64,000 nucleotides of DNA, taken from Flectonema sp. DT1601. Taxonomy: Eukaryota. Shown here in pieces: positions 50,201 through 59,642 of the stretch. The position numbers and the translations under genes were made by a program. The DNA is taken from NCBI GenBank assembly GCA_964019425.1, contig OZ025783.1, positions 62,001 through 126,000 of the forward strand. The letters run 5' to 3'. Below the pieces are notes generated by a model. That model made no database searches, had not been told where the DNA came from, and worked only from the letters and a program-made list of their open reading frames with translations. Positions within the stretch are counted from its first letter, which is position 1; every line of letters starts with the position of its first letter.

Positions 50201-52542
50201 TCGTTTCTGGTAGTGACAATTACCCGACAGTTAGTACTACACCATTCATGTAGACCTAATATACTCCTTCGACTGTTGAGTCCATTCCCACGAAGAGCGT
50301 TATCAATTGTTTCACGACTGAGACCAACTTCATCAAGTGAGTCTAAGATTACAACAACTCTATACTCTTGAGAGAGAGCTGCTAGTCCTCCCTCATCTTC
50401 AATTCCAAACATCGATTGAATAAATGAATCGATTCCTCCTCTCTTGCAAACCTTTTCTCCTATTGTTGGGAGAGCAACGAATATTGGAAATACTTCTTTT
50501 TCACTAAAAGCGTATTCTCCGTATTCACTATTGTGATGAAATGAGTTGCAAGCAGTTAGGTGACTTTGTAAATTTTCTTCAGACTTACTTTGTTGCATGA
50601 AGTGACTCATTATAGCAATCGCTGCTGATGTTTTTCCAGTTCCACCATCTCCAACTAGACAAAGGGGACCAGCACTGTCAGTGTCAAGCCATTCTGTTGC
50701 GACTTGTAGAAGTTGTTTTGCATCATCGTCTGCGGCTACTTTTTGATCGTCGGTAACACGACCTTCAACATATTCCGTCAAATAGTCCTCAAAGATAGCA
50801 AGAGTATGACACATCACATCACGGATTGCTCTAGCTTGCTCTCCAGGATGAAGAGCTTCCTTCCCAATCTGTTGCATGACGATAACGTCGTATTGCTTTC
50901 CCATCATTCTTAATAGTGTTGGAGATAGTTTCCATTGAACTTGAAATACGATATTACTGGTGTATAAGAATTCTTGTTCTCCTTGAAAAGGTGAGGCAAA
51001 TCGAACATCTGCAGCACCTTCTTTCGAGACGATAACAAAAAATGTTCCCCCTTCTCCGTTCTTATCCATGAAGGCACGAGCTGCTTTTGGAACAACTGAT
51101 GTTGAAGTGAATGCGTTCCAAACGAGTTTAGTACCCACACGATACTTAGAGGACACGTTTACTGTAATGCCTCTAAAGACGGTGAGAACTTTCTTTGGAA
51201 GACACGATATTAGTCTTTGTAGCTTTGCAATAAATGGTTGAAAACTCTTTATAACATGTAACTGTGGTGGTGTTGGAACAATATCGAAAACATTTATAAC
51301 AGAAGTACTTCCCTTTAAGTCTTTTCCAATACTTCTCATCGCTGTATTCATTACAAAATATAACGCGGTTCGTAAAGCTTCGAGTGTAGTACATCCGTGG
51401 TTTTGAAGAATCTCTTTATTTTTTATTTGAATTGGTTTTTTATTTGCATACTCTAAATCAGAAGTGTATAATGAACCTGAAAGAAACAGGTCAAGTGCTT
51501 CTTGAGGTCCGCTGTCTTGGACAACAAGGGATAAGGCAACCATCCAATCTTCAATTTCTCCGTTATCTAAACTTTCTTCTAGTTTTAGTTTTTCACGTTT
51601 GACGACTTCTTTTGATATTTGTAGTAACTTTTCAACATGATGATGAGTGTATCCCAAAGTAGGTTGAATTGATGGTAATCCCGAAAGCCATTCCAACACA
51701 CTCGGATGCCCCAGTTCGATGCTCCCGTCTGGATCTGGTTCTAAAAAATCTACTTTCCTCCCTTCAGTGACTCCGATATCAAATTCTTCTCCAAAAATAT
51801 CTTTCTGCCTCGCAATACTTCGTCTTCTCCGATTCTCTTGATCTGCGTTATTCTGCTCCTCATCAGTAAGTTCTTGTGGTTCGTTGTCTTTCAATTTCAC
51901 AGGAGAAGGAAGAGGTGATACCTTTGGACTCTTTCCTGAAGTCACGGATAAAGTAGACGACTGAGGTGAATTAATTGGCGACAGTCCGTATTCCTTCTTC
52001 GCTTTCTTTGGGGGAACATCTGATTCTGGCTGCTCGATTTTAATTACTGGTTGGTACAAAAGAAAATCTTCCATTTCAGCAACCAAAGGCATGACGTTAA
52101 ATGGACCAGCTCTATACAAAAGGCTAACTATTCGATTTCGGATATTGTCTGATGGAAGTAGAAGAGCAAGACGAAGAGGAGTATCTCCACTTTCATTACG
52201 GATCCCACTCGAGGCTCTATTGCTTAATAAGAATTGAACGCTGTCAGCTACTCGATGTTGCACTGCGAGGTGAAGTGCAGTGTTTCCATATTTTGAAAAT
52301 GCATTTAAATTCGCTTTCCGTCGACATAACAAACTCAACGCTTCTAAGTTACCCACAACTGATGCTTCAGCGACTACTGTTCTCTCAACCATTTCACTTT
52401 GGTGTTCATAACAGTAGACACAATTAGCGTCTATCTCTTTATTATCTAACGCTTCTGATAGTAACTCGACATTTGATAGAAGTGATGGAAGGTCTTTTAA
52501 TTTTAGACTTGTTTCTTCAATTACTTCACGTGCTGCTCGCAT
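47242..52542 (-). CDS. NLR-like STAND protein: ankyrin repeats - NAD:arginine ADP-ribosyltransferase - NACHT NTPase - pentapeptide-like linker - 14 WD40 repeats; probable 69-bp in-frame intron at 50098-50166
   Basis: ANK GNTALHLA/GDTPLRLA; ART LYT..YFVMNTAMR..VFRG..FTSTS..SPFQGEQEFLY; Walker A GDGGTGKT; Walker B VVVILDSLDE; VIVTTR; FRHKTLGEFLAA; 14 GH...WD-type repeats counted by eye. Confidence 0.92.
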   Translation of the reverse strand: MRAAREVIEETSLKLKDLPSLLSNVELLSEALDNKEIDANCVYCYEHQSEMVERTVVAEASVVGNLEALSLLCRRKANLNAFSKYGNTALHLAVQHRVADSVQFLLSNRASSGIRNESGDTPLRLALLLPSDNIRNRIVSLLYRAGPFNVMPLVAEMEDFLLYQPVIKIEQPESDVPPKKAKKEYGLSPINSPQSSTLSVTSGKSPKVSPLPSPVKLKDNEPQELTDEEQNNADQENRRRRSIARQKDIFGEEFDIGVTEGRKVDFLEPDPDGSIELGHPSVLEWLSGLPSIQPTLGYTHHHVEKLLQISKEVVKREKLKLEESLDNGEIEDWMVALSLVVQDSGPQEALDLFLSGSLYTSDLEYANKKPIQIKNKEILQNHGCTTLEALRTALYFVMNTAMRSIGKDLKGSTSVINVFDIVPTPPQLHVIKSFQPFIAKLQRLISCLPKKVLTVFRGITVNVSSKYRVGTKLVWNAFTSTSVVPKAARAFMDKNGEGGTFFVIVSKEGAADVRFASPFQGEQEFLYTSNIVFQVQWKLSPTLLRMMGKQYDVIVMQQIGKEALHPGEQARAIRDVMCHTLAIFEDYLTEYVEGRVTDDQKVAADDDAKQLLQVATEWLDTDSAGPLCLVGDGGTGKTSAAIAIMSHFMQQSKSEENLQSHLTACNSFHHNSEYGEYAFSEKEVFPIFVALPTIGEKVCKRGGIDSFIQSMFGIEDEGGLAALSQEYRVVVILDSLDEVGLSRETIDNALRGNGLNSRRSILGLHEWCSTNCRVIVTTRNEYLLSVGVTTTQVRLVLFFFCLQSLTNKKNYKKKQVCGEGTKSLYMQHFNHVDAQRYIKTFFGKRNIPVEQNVGWMTGLKNPFLLHMACYSHTSGATEPTETDIYKAFLIKWTSDELRKFKNSKVTPEELLEVGEQLACKMLQTGKWQVVLGDEATRLSKRFKHVALALRCLPLRVEDFNDKNSIVTFRHKTLGEFLAARRLATNPITCLKEEIIKPFSKGAPNIGQYFRSLHDSNVYIKLLELVRDSRDQELSSEKVAAASNSMALLVSSGYTFLDCDLSSIIIRDSDLRRLIMSDSSLKNSKVFDCWLEHSTLYRTDLSHFSCEGSTFGMPLPPLRGHTNRVSTVAIMPDSSSVISGGGDMVLKLWDLSTGKEGRTFEKIHIRIITCVAISPDGKAVVSGSGDNSLRVWNLSDPHDTPKALRGHIDGVTSVVFSSDGNKIVSGGEDRKVILWSLSTGKWQEFEGHTGIVTSVAITSTNDTIISASHDKTVRVWNVYALREFNIFKEHTDGVRALALSPDGTTVVSAGYDKTVRVWDLQSGKEAVKYEGHTGVVSGVAVAPDGTKVVSVSSDRSIRVWDISSGKETLKVDGHLDSITSVAITPSGTQVVSASDDKTLRVWDIATGKEAVKIEGHSRFISSIAISPDGNRVVSASGDSYLQSWDIATSRRLHKLRGHTGIVDAVVITLDSGRIISGSCDKSIRIWSMMNGKECQKLTGHTDGVTSLAISPDGKKIVSGSYDKTIRIWSLSSGKELFKLEGHTDWIRSVAVTFNSSKLVSGSTDRTIRVWDMKTGKPQLTLEGHTDWVTSIALSPDGNKIISGSGDKEILIWNMQSRMVSGNPFVGHTKGVTSVTITPDGSKIISGSGDKTIRVWNSSLSLTSSPIWADIKHEHLQLEGHTGEVSSVAITPNGTKIVSASYDKTIRVWEVSQNMEYLNSLENDSTGGFRVVSILGVPRMLPTSLMCKGKETITPDYVRGLLTDTEFE

Positions 52543-52556
52543 TACCGTTCTAGCAG

Positions 52557-52580
52557 CTGAGGAAAAAAAAAAAAAAATAA
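52557..52580 (-). promoter_or_regulatory. Putative trans-splice acceptor (poly-U + CCTCAG) of the ART-NACHT-WD40 gene
   Basis: Minus strand U-tract then CCTCAG, 14 nt before the ATG. Confidence 0.5.
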
Positions 52581-53229
52581 ATATATGAAAATAATAGTTG
52601 TAGGGACTCTGTTTTATGTCAAGAAAAGAAAAACACTTCTACGTAATTATCCAAAAATAAAGTTATGATAAACCGAACGATCGGCACTGGGGAAGTCTGT
52701 TGATGAGTTGATAGGTAAATCCGATTCAAAAGAAAACAAAAAAAAAAGGAACAACGAGTATTCCCTTTTTATTTATTTATTTACTTTTTTCTTCCCCCAA
52801 TGCTTTTCTTCAACCTTCTTTCTCTTTTTTTCTCCTTTTTTTTTTTTTTTTTTGATGGTTGATAAAAACTAAACGAATACTGCAGAGATAATCACGTGGT
52901 TCATAAAAAAAAATAAATTTAAACGAGTTGCTCAACAGCTGACTACGTAGGAGGTCCGCACACTTGATACGTAAAAAGGAATTACAAAGGAGCTCTCCAA
53001 CTTTAAAAAAAATGAAAATAAAAATATTCAGAAACATAAGAGGTGGAGGAACGAAAAAAAAAAAAAAAAAAAAACACTAATGATGTTTTGTGCACGAAAC
53101 AGTGAAAACCGGTTTAAGGGTGCGGTCGATCTCTTACCTGACAATTAAGGCTACCCTCTATTGCCGTATTATAGTTACAACAGGGTAGCTAACTCATTGG
53201 GAAGTCGTTCGAATGAACTGATTAAGTGT

Positions 53230-56200
53230 TTATACTTTTGAGGATTTGACTTTTGATTTTTTAATCTTTTTTGGACTCTGTGATCGCAGTCTCTTCACTT
53301 TTACATTCTCCGGATTTGAACCAACCTGACCAACAACAACATTACGCTGCTTATCGATTCTTCCGGTTAGATTCTTCGATGCCTTTGACATGTAGTTAGA
53401 TGACGATTGAGACAATTCCTGACCGAGCATGATTCTAGCTGCAGGTGATTTCATGTCATCGTGAAGACCTTCTTTGGATGCAGCTGCTAAGAACTTTGTT
53501 GCCGTCTCAAATGTCATTCTAGAAAGAATACTTGGAGATGACGCAATTACAGAGAATCGAGAAAATCCCTTCCAAGACCCTCCAAACATTGCTCTGTCAG
53601 TCACAAGTGTTAACCAACGAGAATCAACACTGTAAGATTTAAATAATCTCTTTAGCTCTTCTAATAGCCCAGCTTGACCAGCTTCAACACCAAAGTAGCT
53701 GCACATGTCATTGTGGTCAGTTGATCTGATTTTGTCAACTCTGGCGTATGTTAAAAAGTCTGATGGGAATCTATAAATAGTATTCACAACTTGTTTTATC
53801 TTCCCACCTTCAACGTGGAACATACCACCGTTACCCTTTTGGTTTGGAACAAAGAAGGAGCGAGTAATTCCAGAAACTTCATTCTTGCGAAGGGTGACAC
53901 TAGACAAAGCATTCTTTAATAAATTATCAAACATAAGATTAACATGAATAGGAACTACAACACTAAAGTGATACTGAAGAACATCATCATCCTCAGTTGA
54001 TCTACAAACACCTTGTGGAGTAACACAAAGAGATATTGAGTGAAGGCTATTCTTTTCTGAAGGAGGAAGGTTATCAATATCTGGTCTGGTTCCATCATTC
54101 GAGTGTAATCCTCCAGCGTAGGTTTCCTCACGTCTTGTTACCGGTAGAGATAAAGCAGCTGTTGCTGCCTTTGAAGTTTCACTCTCTGGTATGTGTGCTC
54201 CTCCAATGCTGTCGTAGTTTAGCAAATTTAATTTTGTTGAAACTTTTGTCGATGTGATGTATGTCTGACTTGGCTCACATTGTTTCTTGTGTCCTGGATT
54301 GTATGATTGTGGAAGTGTTGTTTTATTTACTGTCTCTCCATTACAAGTTGATTTTCTTGCTGAAAATCCAGCAGGGTCGTGAGTCTTATCCCAATTCCAT
54401 GATCTCTGCAAGTCTCTCATTATTGTTTTATTTAAAGCATTTAGTGATGAGTGCAAATCAGCTACTGCTCCGCAAGGTTTTGATTCAACCAGTCTCATTC
54501 CGCATCTACCCTTGTCTTCGTCTTTTGTTGCTGAAACCTTTGAAGAAATTATTACACCTCGGGCTTCACACTTCTTACGATAAGAACTGTTGATGTCTTT
54601 CCAATCATTGTTTCTCTTCTTTTTATCTTTTTTTGATTTAGGTCCAGTAGTGTTGACTAGTCCGTACTCTCCGAGATAGTAGTCATCTAGTTTTGATTCA
54701 GACATGTTGATCATAACGTCTACTCGTTTGTAGTTATCATTTGCAGACGCCACTTGAGTGGCGTATGCGAATGGTTCCATACCATCTGGAGTCAGGTCTG
54801 AGATTGATTTCGGTGATAGGATGACGTGAAGACGTAGAATCTGTTTTGCGATATCAGCATTCATTCCTTCAATTGGTAACATCACCATAGGACTGGATAC
54901 TGAAGCACTTTGAAGAATTTGACGAAGTCTAGGAATACCTTCTGTAACGTGAGAAACAGTCTGTCCTGCCTGATGGAAAGTATTTAAAGTCATTTGTGTT
55001 GAAGGCTCACCAACTGATTGAGCAGCAATGATACCAACAGGTTCATCACAAGCCATGTTTGCTCTCAATTCATTTAAGTAAGTAACTCTTTCTTCAGCTG
55101 TCTTGTTCATCTCATCTGCCTTCCCTCTCTTTAAAGACGAGTTGGTTTCAGGAACTGATCTCCATTCTCGTTTACGTTTTGCTAATCCATTTCTGATTGC
55201 AACAATGTTGTGATGAGTTACGTTTTCAGGAGCTTTTCCTGATTTCCATCCTGCTGATCTCTGAGGGTCAATACCATCGTGACCGAACTTAAATTGGACA
55301 ATCCCACCTGCCTCGTCAATAACAGCTGGTGAGGTTGCTATCCATTTTGTAGCGAGTCCTTCCATACCTTTAACAACAGATCTTTGAAGGTAACCAGAAC
55401 GAGATGTTTTAACAGCCGTGTCAATAAGACCATCACGACCTGCTGCAGCGTGAACGACGTATTGTTGAGGTCTAATTCCTGATAAGAATCTTCCTAATCC
55501 AAAACCACCACAACCTGCTCTGTCATCACCCAAGAGTGTTCCAGGAAGTGTCTTACCTGAAGGCATCGCATCAACACGTTTTCCATCGAATGTCTGTTGT
55601 CCTAACAAGACAGCCATCTGAGTTGAATTAACACCACTTCCCTTTGCTCCACTCATCGTCATTAGTGATAAACAGTTGTCAGGAAAGGTCTTTTTCATTC
55701 CATTTGGAAACATTTCTTTATTAAGTTCACCAGTCTTCTTCATAACAGTTCCCAATCGATCAGCTTCAGTAGTCATTCCAACAATCGCGTTATCCAATTC
55801 GTAAAGTTTGGCCGAACGCTCGTCTTCCTTTTTATTTGTCAACATCAAGTCAGTGATACCAACAGTGAATCCATAACCAGAAAGGTATTCAGTCATAAGT
55901 CTACCAAATGAACATAAGAGAGTACCGGCAGCTTCAGCTCCGTGAAGCTCGTGACAATGTTGAATTAAAGTGTTACCAGTTGCTCCCAATTGATTCTTGT
56001 CAAGTAGTCCTCTAACAAATTCATCTTGGATTACTTCTACGTAATCGTCGTCCATTAACTTGTCGGTGATGAATTGAGGCTTTTCATTATCAGGTCTTGG
56101 ATCCCAACTTGTATTAGGCAACGCAGTTCTACTCAAAAAACTAAGCCCTCCAGCATACCTCCCAACTCCAGTAGTGCTGTAGTGATTTGATACAAATTTA

Positions 56201-59200
56201 AGTAACGTGCTGATGCATTGCTTTCCAGACCAGCATTCCATCCATTTATTAGTAACTTTATTCTTGTAACGAATAGCTGGTTCTGGTCTTGGTGGTAATG
56301 TGTCGCTTACTTTATGAAGGGTTGCGTAGATTAAATGATCAAATTCAGTTCCTGATAGCCAAGTATCTCTTTTTGTTAACAAGACTCCACTAACAACGTG
56401 ATCTTGAATTAAACCACGAAGAGGTTTACCTGAAGTGCTGGATATGAAATGTTTTCTTGCAGAGTTGAGAACTTGTAACTCAACCTGAGCCCGTTCTGTT
56501 TGAGGAACGTGAATGTTCATTTCATCACCGTCAAAATCAGCATTAAATCCCTTACAGTTGGCATAATGAAATCTGATAGTACGTTGATGACCTGCTTCTC
56601 CACTACCAACAACAAGACGTTGACCAAGCCACGATGACTTATGAAGAGTTGGTTGTCTGTTTAGTACAACCCAATCATCTGTTGCGACATGACGAAATAC
56701 TTTAAATCTTACTTCTGGTGGAGGTCCTTCAGAATTGATCAGAACGTTCTCCATCCAAATAATTAATTCTAAAGCTGTCTTTCCTCCAATACGAGCGATG
56801 TCAATAAGTTGCATGTCTTCAGGTGTTAGTGGTTTCTTTATGAAGAGTGGCCTGCGAGCTTTTGAAATTAGTTCAAATGCCTTTGCGACTTCAGCTGCTT
56901 CATCAGCATCAAGCTCTACACGAGTTGCTCCAGGGTATGTTTTATCACCATTGAGGATTGAGTTAAGAAGGAATCCACGTCTACATTGTAAAACCTGACC
57001 TTGTTTTGAATGAGGACTAGTTGACTGTGGAGGAAGTACTTCAGGGATCGTTAACCTTTTAGCAAATCTTCTACTTAACATAACCTGGTCGTCTTCTAAG
57101 TTGTTATCAGGAGAGATGACACTTCTACAAGCTTGATTCACTCTCTTTCCCATTAAGTTAGTTCTGAACAGTCCGCTCTTCTTTTCAAAAATCTGCTGGG
57201 CACCCTTACCTGCTGGACCATCCATAGGCCCACCACCTGTTGCTGTCGCAAACATTATCCTCCTGTACGAGTCTTGAGCTGACCTGGCACAGAATTCAAA
57301 TGTTCTTGGTCTGTTGTTCCAAAAGGCAATAACAGCACATTGATTAGACGATTGTGGAGCGTCCTTCTTCGGTTTTCCCATAAACTTACTTCCAATAACA
57401 CGAAGATTCTTACCACATGAGAGCAGGTTAGAAAGCTGCTTAGTTTGGTCATCAGCCTGAATCTTCCCGCTGTCTTCACGAAATGGACGAAATTTATTTG
57501 GTCCGATTTCAACAATTCTGTGAATGAAAGCCTTCCAGTAATTACTAGCTGGAAGTGCGAAAGAAGGATCAACTGAGTCTGGAGAAGAACAAACCTGATA
57601 GAAGATCTGACCTAACGAGTCCTGTTCGATACTAAATAACTTCTCAATGTGTTCCTTTACAGAATGAGGTGGAAGGTAAACATTCGAACGAGGAGCAGCT
57701 TCACGCATTGGCTTTCCGTTCTTTTTGTGATGAACAATTTGACCTCCTCCCTTGTTTACCTCAGTGTCAGTTTTGAATAATTTAAGTGACTTAAGAATAC
57801 CTGTCCAGTCTAAGAAGGTGCTAGGGCCATCTGATGTGTCAGGAGTTAGTGAGCAAGACTTCTGCATCTCTGCGATGTCAATATTTTTAGACATATCAGC
57901 ACCACTTATGTCATAGAAGTAACCACTCTTTTTAAAATCTGTTATTCTTCTTGGGTTAAATAGTCCACAGGTTTTACACGCTGACTTGCTTGATGACCCT
58001 GCGGATATCAACTTCCAAATATCATTTACTACCTGTCGTCTCTTCTGAAACATTAAAGCAGCTGGTGGTCTGGTTTGCTTTGGATTCGTAACTTCTGATT
58101 GTTCAATAAAAGAAAATACCCATCGCATCATATCAGTGGTGGCTTTTACTACTTCACATGCAGCGTAGGCATTGTAACCTTTCTTTTTGAGTGCGTGTTG
58201 ACCAGCAGCAGTTGAGCTGAATGAGAACTTCTGATCAATTACTTCTTCGAGTCCAGGATTCCAAAGACGCTCGTTAAGTAGGTAGAGTGTTGCTATCTTT
58301 CTACGGAGTTCAAATGAGCTGCTGCGCCAGCGGTGGCACCACCAGCACTTCCCGCGAAGCATAGCAAGAACGTCACCCCATTGAAGAGGATTTATTAACC
58401 ACATCTCTTTTGGCATCTTTAAATGACAATAATGACCTGAGCAATCTGGTTTTGGATCGATAACAATTGATTCTCTCTTTACTTCTACTCCACATGCTAT
58501 ACATTGCATCATACGAGGCTTCTTCTTACCAACCATGTCTTTAGCCATACTGTGACCAAGACTTTCACCACATTGTGGACAGGCTGGTAGAGCTCCAACG
58601 TTGCATGTTGCACACCAAATGTTCCAGCGACCACTATTCTCTCCGCTCTTCTTTACTTCAAGTGAACCCATTCTCGGATCATATAAACCATTCGTATGAA
58701 AACATGAAGGGAATCCAATCTCATCTTCAACGTTAGCAACTCTACCTGTTCTTCTCTTGTCGAGATGTTTGCGAAGTTTTCTTTTGATCGCGTTGTACGG
58801 TTCCTCAACACTGTTTGATGCATTCAATTGATCTAATGCTTTTGAAGTTAATCTTGTTCCACTTGATGGTTGAGACTTGTCACGTCTTCCTCTTATTCTT
58901 GGTTGAGATGCACCATCAGAATCACCAGCCTCTGAGAGTCCAATAATTGAATTGAGTTCAGACCTACCCATAGAACGAGTAGCATCACTAATGTCGGTAT
59001 CGACTGGGTCTCTGTAAGAGAGAGCGCTTGCTTTGGTTACAACTGTTTCAGCATTTGTTGATGCTACAGCTGTTTCATCAAGTGTGTCTCTACTGACATC
59101 CGATCTAACGTCAACACAGCTATCACTAGTTGCGATACTTCTCTGATAGGCTGCTCTTCTTCCCATTTCCTTCGGTTGATTTAAACTTCTCTTAATCTCA

Positions 59201-59343
59201 CCCTTACTACTACTAAGTAGCTGTTCATCGGTAAGTAGCTGCAACTGAACTGCGAAATCTGGGTTCGCCTGCTCTTTTTGAAGCAATTCCAGCCACTGGG
59301 CTGGTCTGATACCTGGTGTCGTATCTGGTAGCTTTCCCGCCAT
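53230..59343 (-). CDS. RPA1: DNA-directed RNA polymerase I largest subunit, 2,037 aa
   Basis: Catalytic NADFDGDEMN preceded by the Pol I-type HYAN; GLYDPRMG, FRTNLMGKRVN, NRQPTLHK, PLRGLIQDH, DTAVKTSRSGYLQR, GEPSTQMTLNTFH; no Pol II CTD. Confidence 0.96.
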   Translation of the reverse strand: MAGKLPDTTPGIRPAQWLELLQKEQANPDFAVQLQLLTDEQLLSSSKGEIKRSLNQPKEMGRRAAYQRSIATSDSCVDVRSDVSRDTLDETAVASTNAETVVTKASALSYRDPVDTDISDATRSMGRSELNSIIGLSEAGDSDGASQPRIRGRRDKSQPSSGTRLTSKALDQLNASNSVEEPYNAIKRKLRKHLDKRRTGRVANVEDEIGFPSCFHTNGLYDPRMGSLEVKKSGENSGRWNIWCATCNVGALPACPQCGESLGHSMAKDMVGKKKPRMMQCIACGVEVKRESIVIDPKPDCSGHYCHLKMPKEMWLINPLQWGDVLAMLRGKCWWCHRWRSSSFELRRKIATLYLLNERLWNPGLEEVIDQKFSFSSTAAGQHALKKKGYNAYAACEVVKATTDMMRWVFSFIEQSEVTNPKQTRPPAALMFQKRRQVVNDIWKLISAGSSSKSACKTCGLFNPRRITDFKKSGYFYDISGADMSKNIDIAEMQKSCSLTPDTSDGPSTFLDWTGILKSLKLFKTDTEVNKGGGQIVHHKKNGKPMREAAPRSNVYLPPHSVKEHIEKLFSIEQDSLGQIFYQVCSSPDSVDPSFALPASNYWKAFIHRIVEIGPNKFRPFREDSGKIQADDQTKQLSNLLSCGKNLRVIGSKFMGKPKKDAPQSSNQCAVIAFWNNRPRTFEFCARSAQDSYRRIMFATATGGGPMDGPAGKGAQQIFEKKSGLFRTNLMGKRVNQACRSVISPDNNLEDDQVMLSRRFAKRLTIPEVLPPQSTSPHSKQGQVLQCRRGFLLNSILNGDKTYPGATRVELDADEAAEVAKAFELISKARRPLFIKKPLTPEDMQLIDIARIGGKTALELIIWMENVLINSEGPPPEVRFKVFRHVATDDWVVLNRQPTLHKSSWLGQRLVVGSGEAGHQRTIRFHYANCKGFNADFDGDEMNIHVPQTERAQVELQVLNSARKHFISSTSGKPLRGLIQDHVVSGVLLTKRDTWLSGTEFDHLIYATLHKVSDTLPPRPEPAIRYKNKVTNKWMECWSGKQCISTLLKFVSNHYSTTGVGRYAGGLSFLSRTALPNTSWDPRPDNEKPQFITDKLMDDDYVEVIQDEFVRGLLDKNQLGATGNTLIQHCHELHGAEAAGTLLCSFGRLMTEYLSGYGFTVGITDLMLTNKKEDERSAKLYELDNAIVGMTTEADRLGTVMKKTGELNKEMFPNGMKKTFPDNCLSLMTMSGAKGSGVNSTQMAVLLGQQTFDGKRVDAMPSGKTLPGTLLGDDRAGCGGFGLGRFLSGIRPQQYVVHAAAGRDGLIDTAVKTSRSGYLQRSVVKGMEGLATKWIATSPAVIDEAGGIVQFKFGHDGIDPQRSAGWKSGKAPENVTHHNIVAIRNGLAKRKREWRSVPETNSSLKRGKADEMNKTAEERVTYLNELRANMACDEPVGIIAAQSVGEPSTQMTLNTFHQAGQTVSHVTEGIPRLRQILQSASVSSPMVMLPIEGMNADIAKQILRLHVILSPKSISDLTPDGMEPFAYATQVASANDNYKRVDVMINMSESKLDDYYLGEYGLVNTTGPKSKKDKKKRNNDWKDINSSYRKKCEARGVIISSKVSATKDEDKGRCGMRLVESKPCGAVADLHSSLNALNKTIMRDLQRSWNWDKTHDPAGFSARKSTCNGETVNKTTLPQSYNPGHKKQCEPSQTYITSTKVSTKLNLLNYDSIGGAHIPESETSKAATAALSLPVTRREETYAGGLHSNDGTRPDIDNLPPSEKNSLHSISLCVTPQGVCRSTEDDDVLQYHFSVVVPIHVNLMFDNLLKNALSSVTLRKNEVSGITRSFFVPNQKGNGGMFHVEGGKIKQVVNTIYRFPSDFLTYARVDKIRSTDHNDMCSYFGVEAGQAGLLEELKRLFKSYSVDSRWLTLVTDRAMFGGSWKGFSRFSVIASSPSILSRMTFETATKFLAAASKEGLHDDMKSPAARIMLGQELSQSSSNYMSKASKNLTGRIDKQRNVVVGQVGSNPENVKVKRLRSQSPKKIKKSKVKSSKV

Positions 59344-59642
59344 ATTATGAGGGGAGGGGCTGGTTAAGATTAAATTATTTATAACGAAATTAATTGTATT
59401 TTCGTAAAGGTAGTATTCGTAAGTAACTTAAGACACTTTGCACTTTTTTTTTTTAAAAAAATACTTTTTTTTTTTTTTTTTTTTTTTTCCCGTAATCGGA
59501 AAAATTTGTTTTGCGCAGGTCCGCAACACTACGACTTTTCGACACTTCAAATGGGGGTGATATGTGGACAACAAAACAGATATTTGAGATCCCTGAAATT
59601 TAAGAAACAGAACCAATCCAGTACATTTCATGTGTTGGATAC

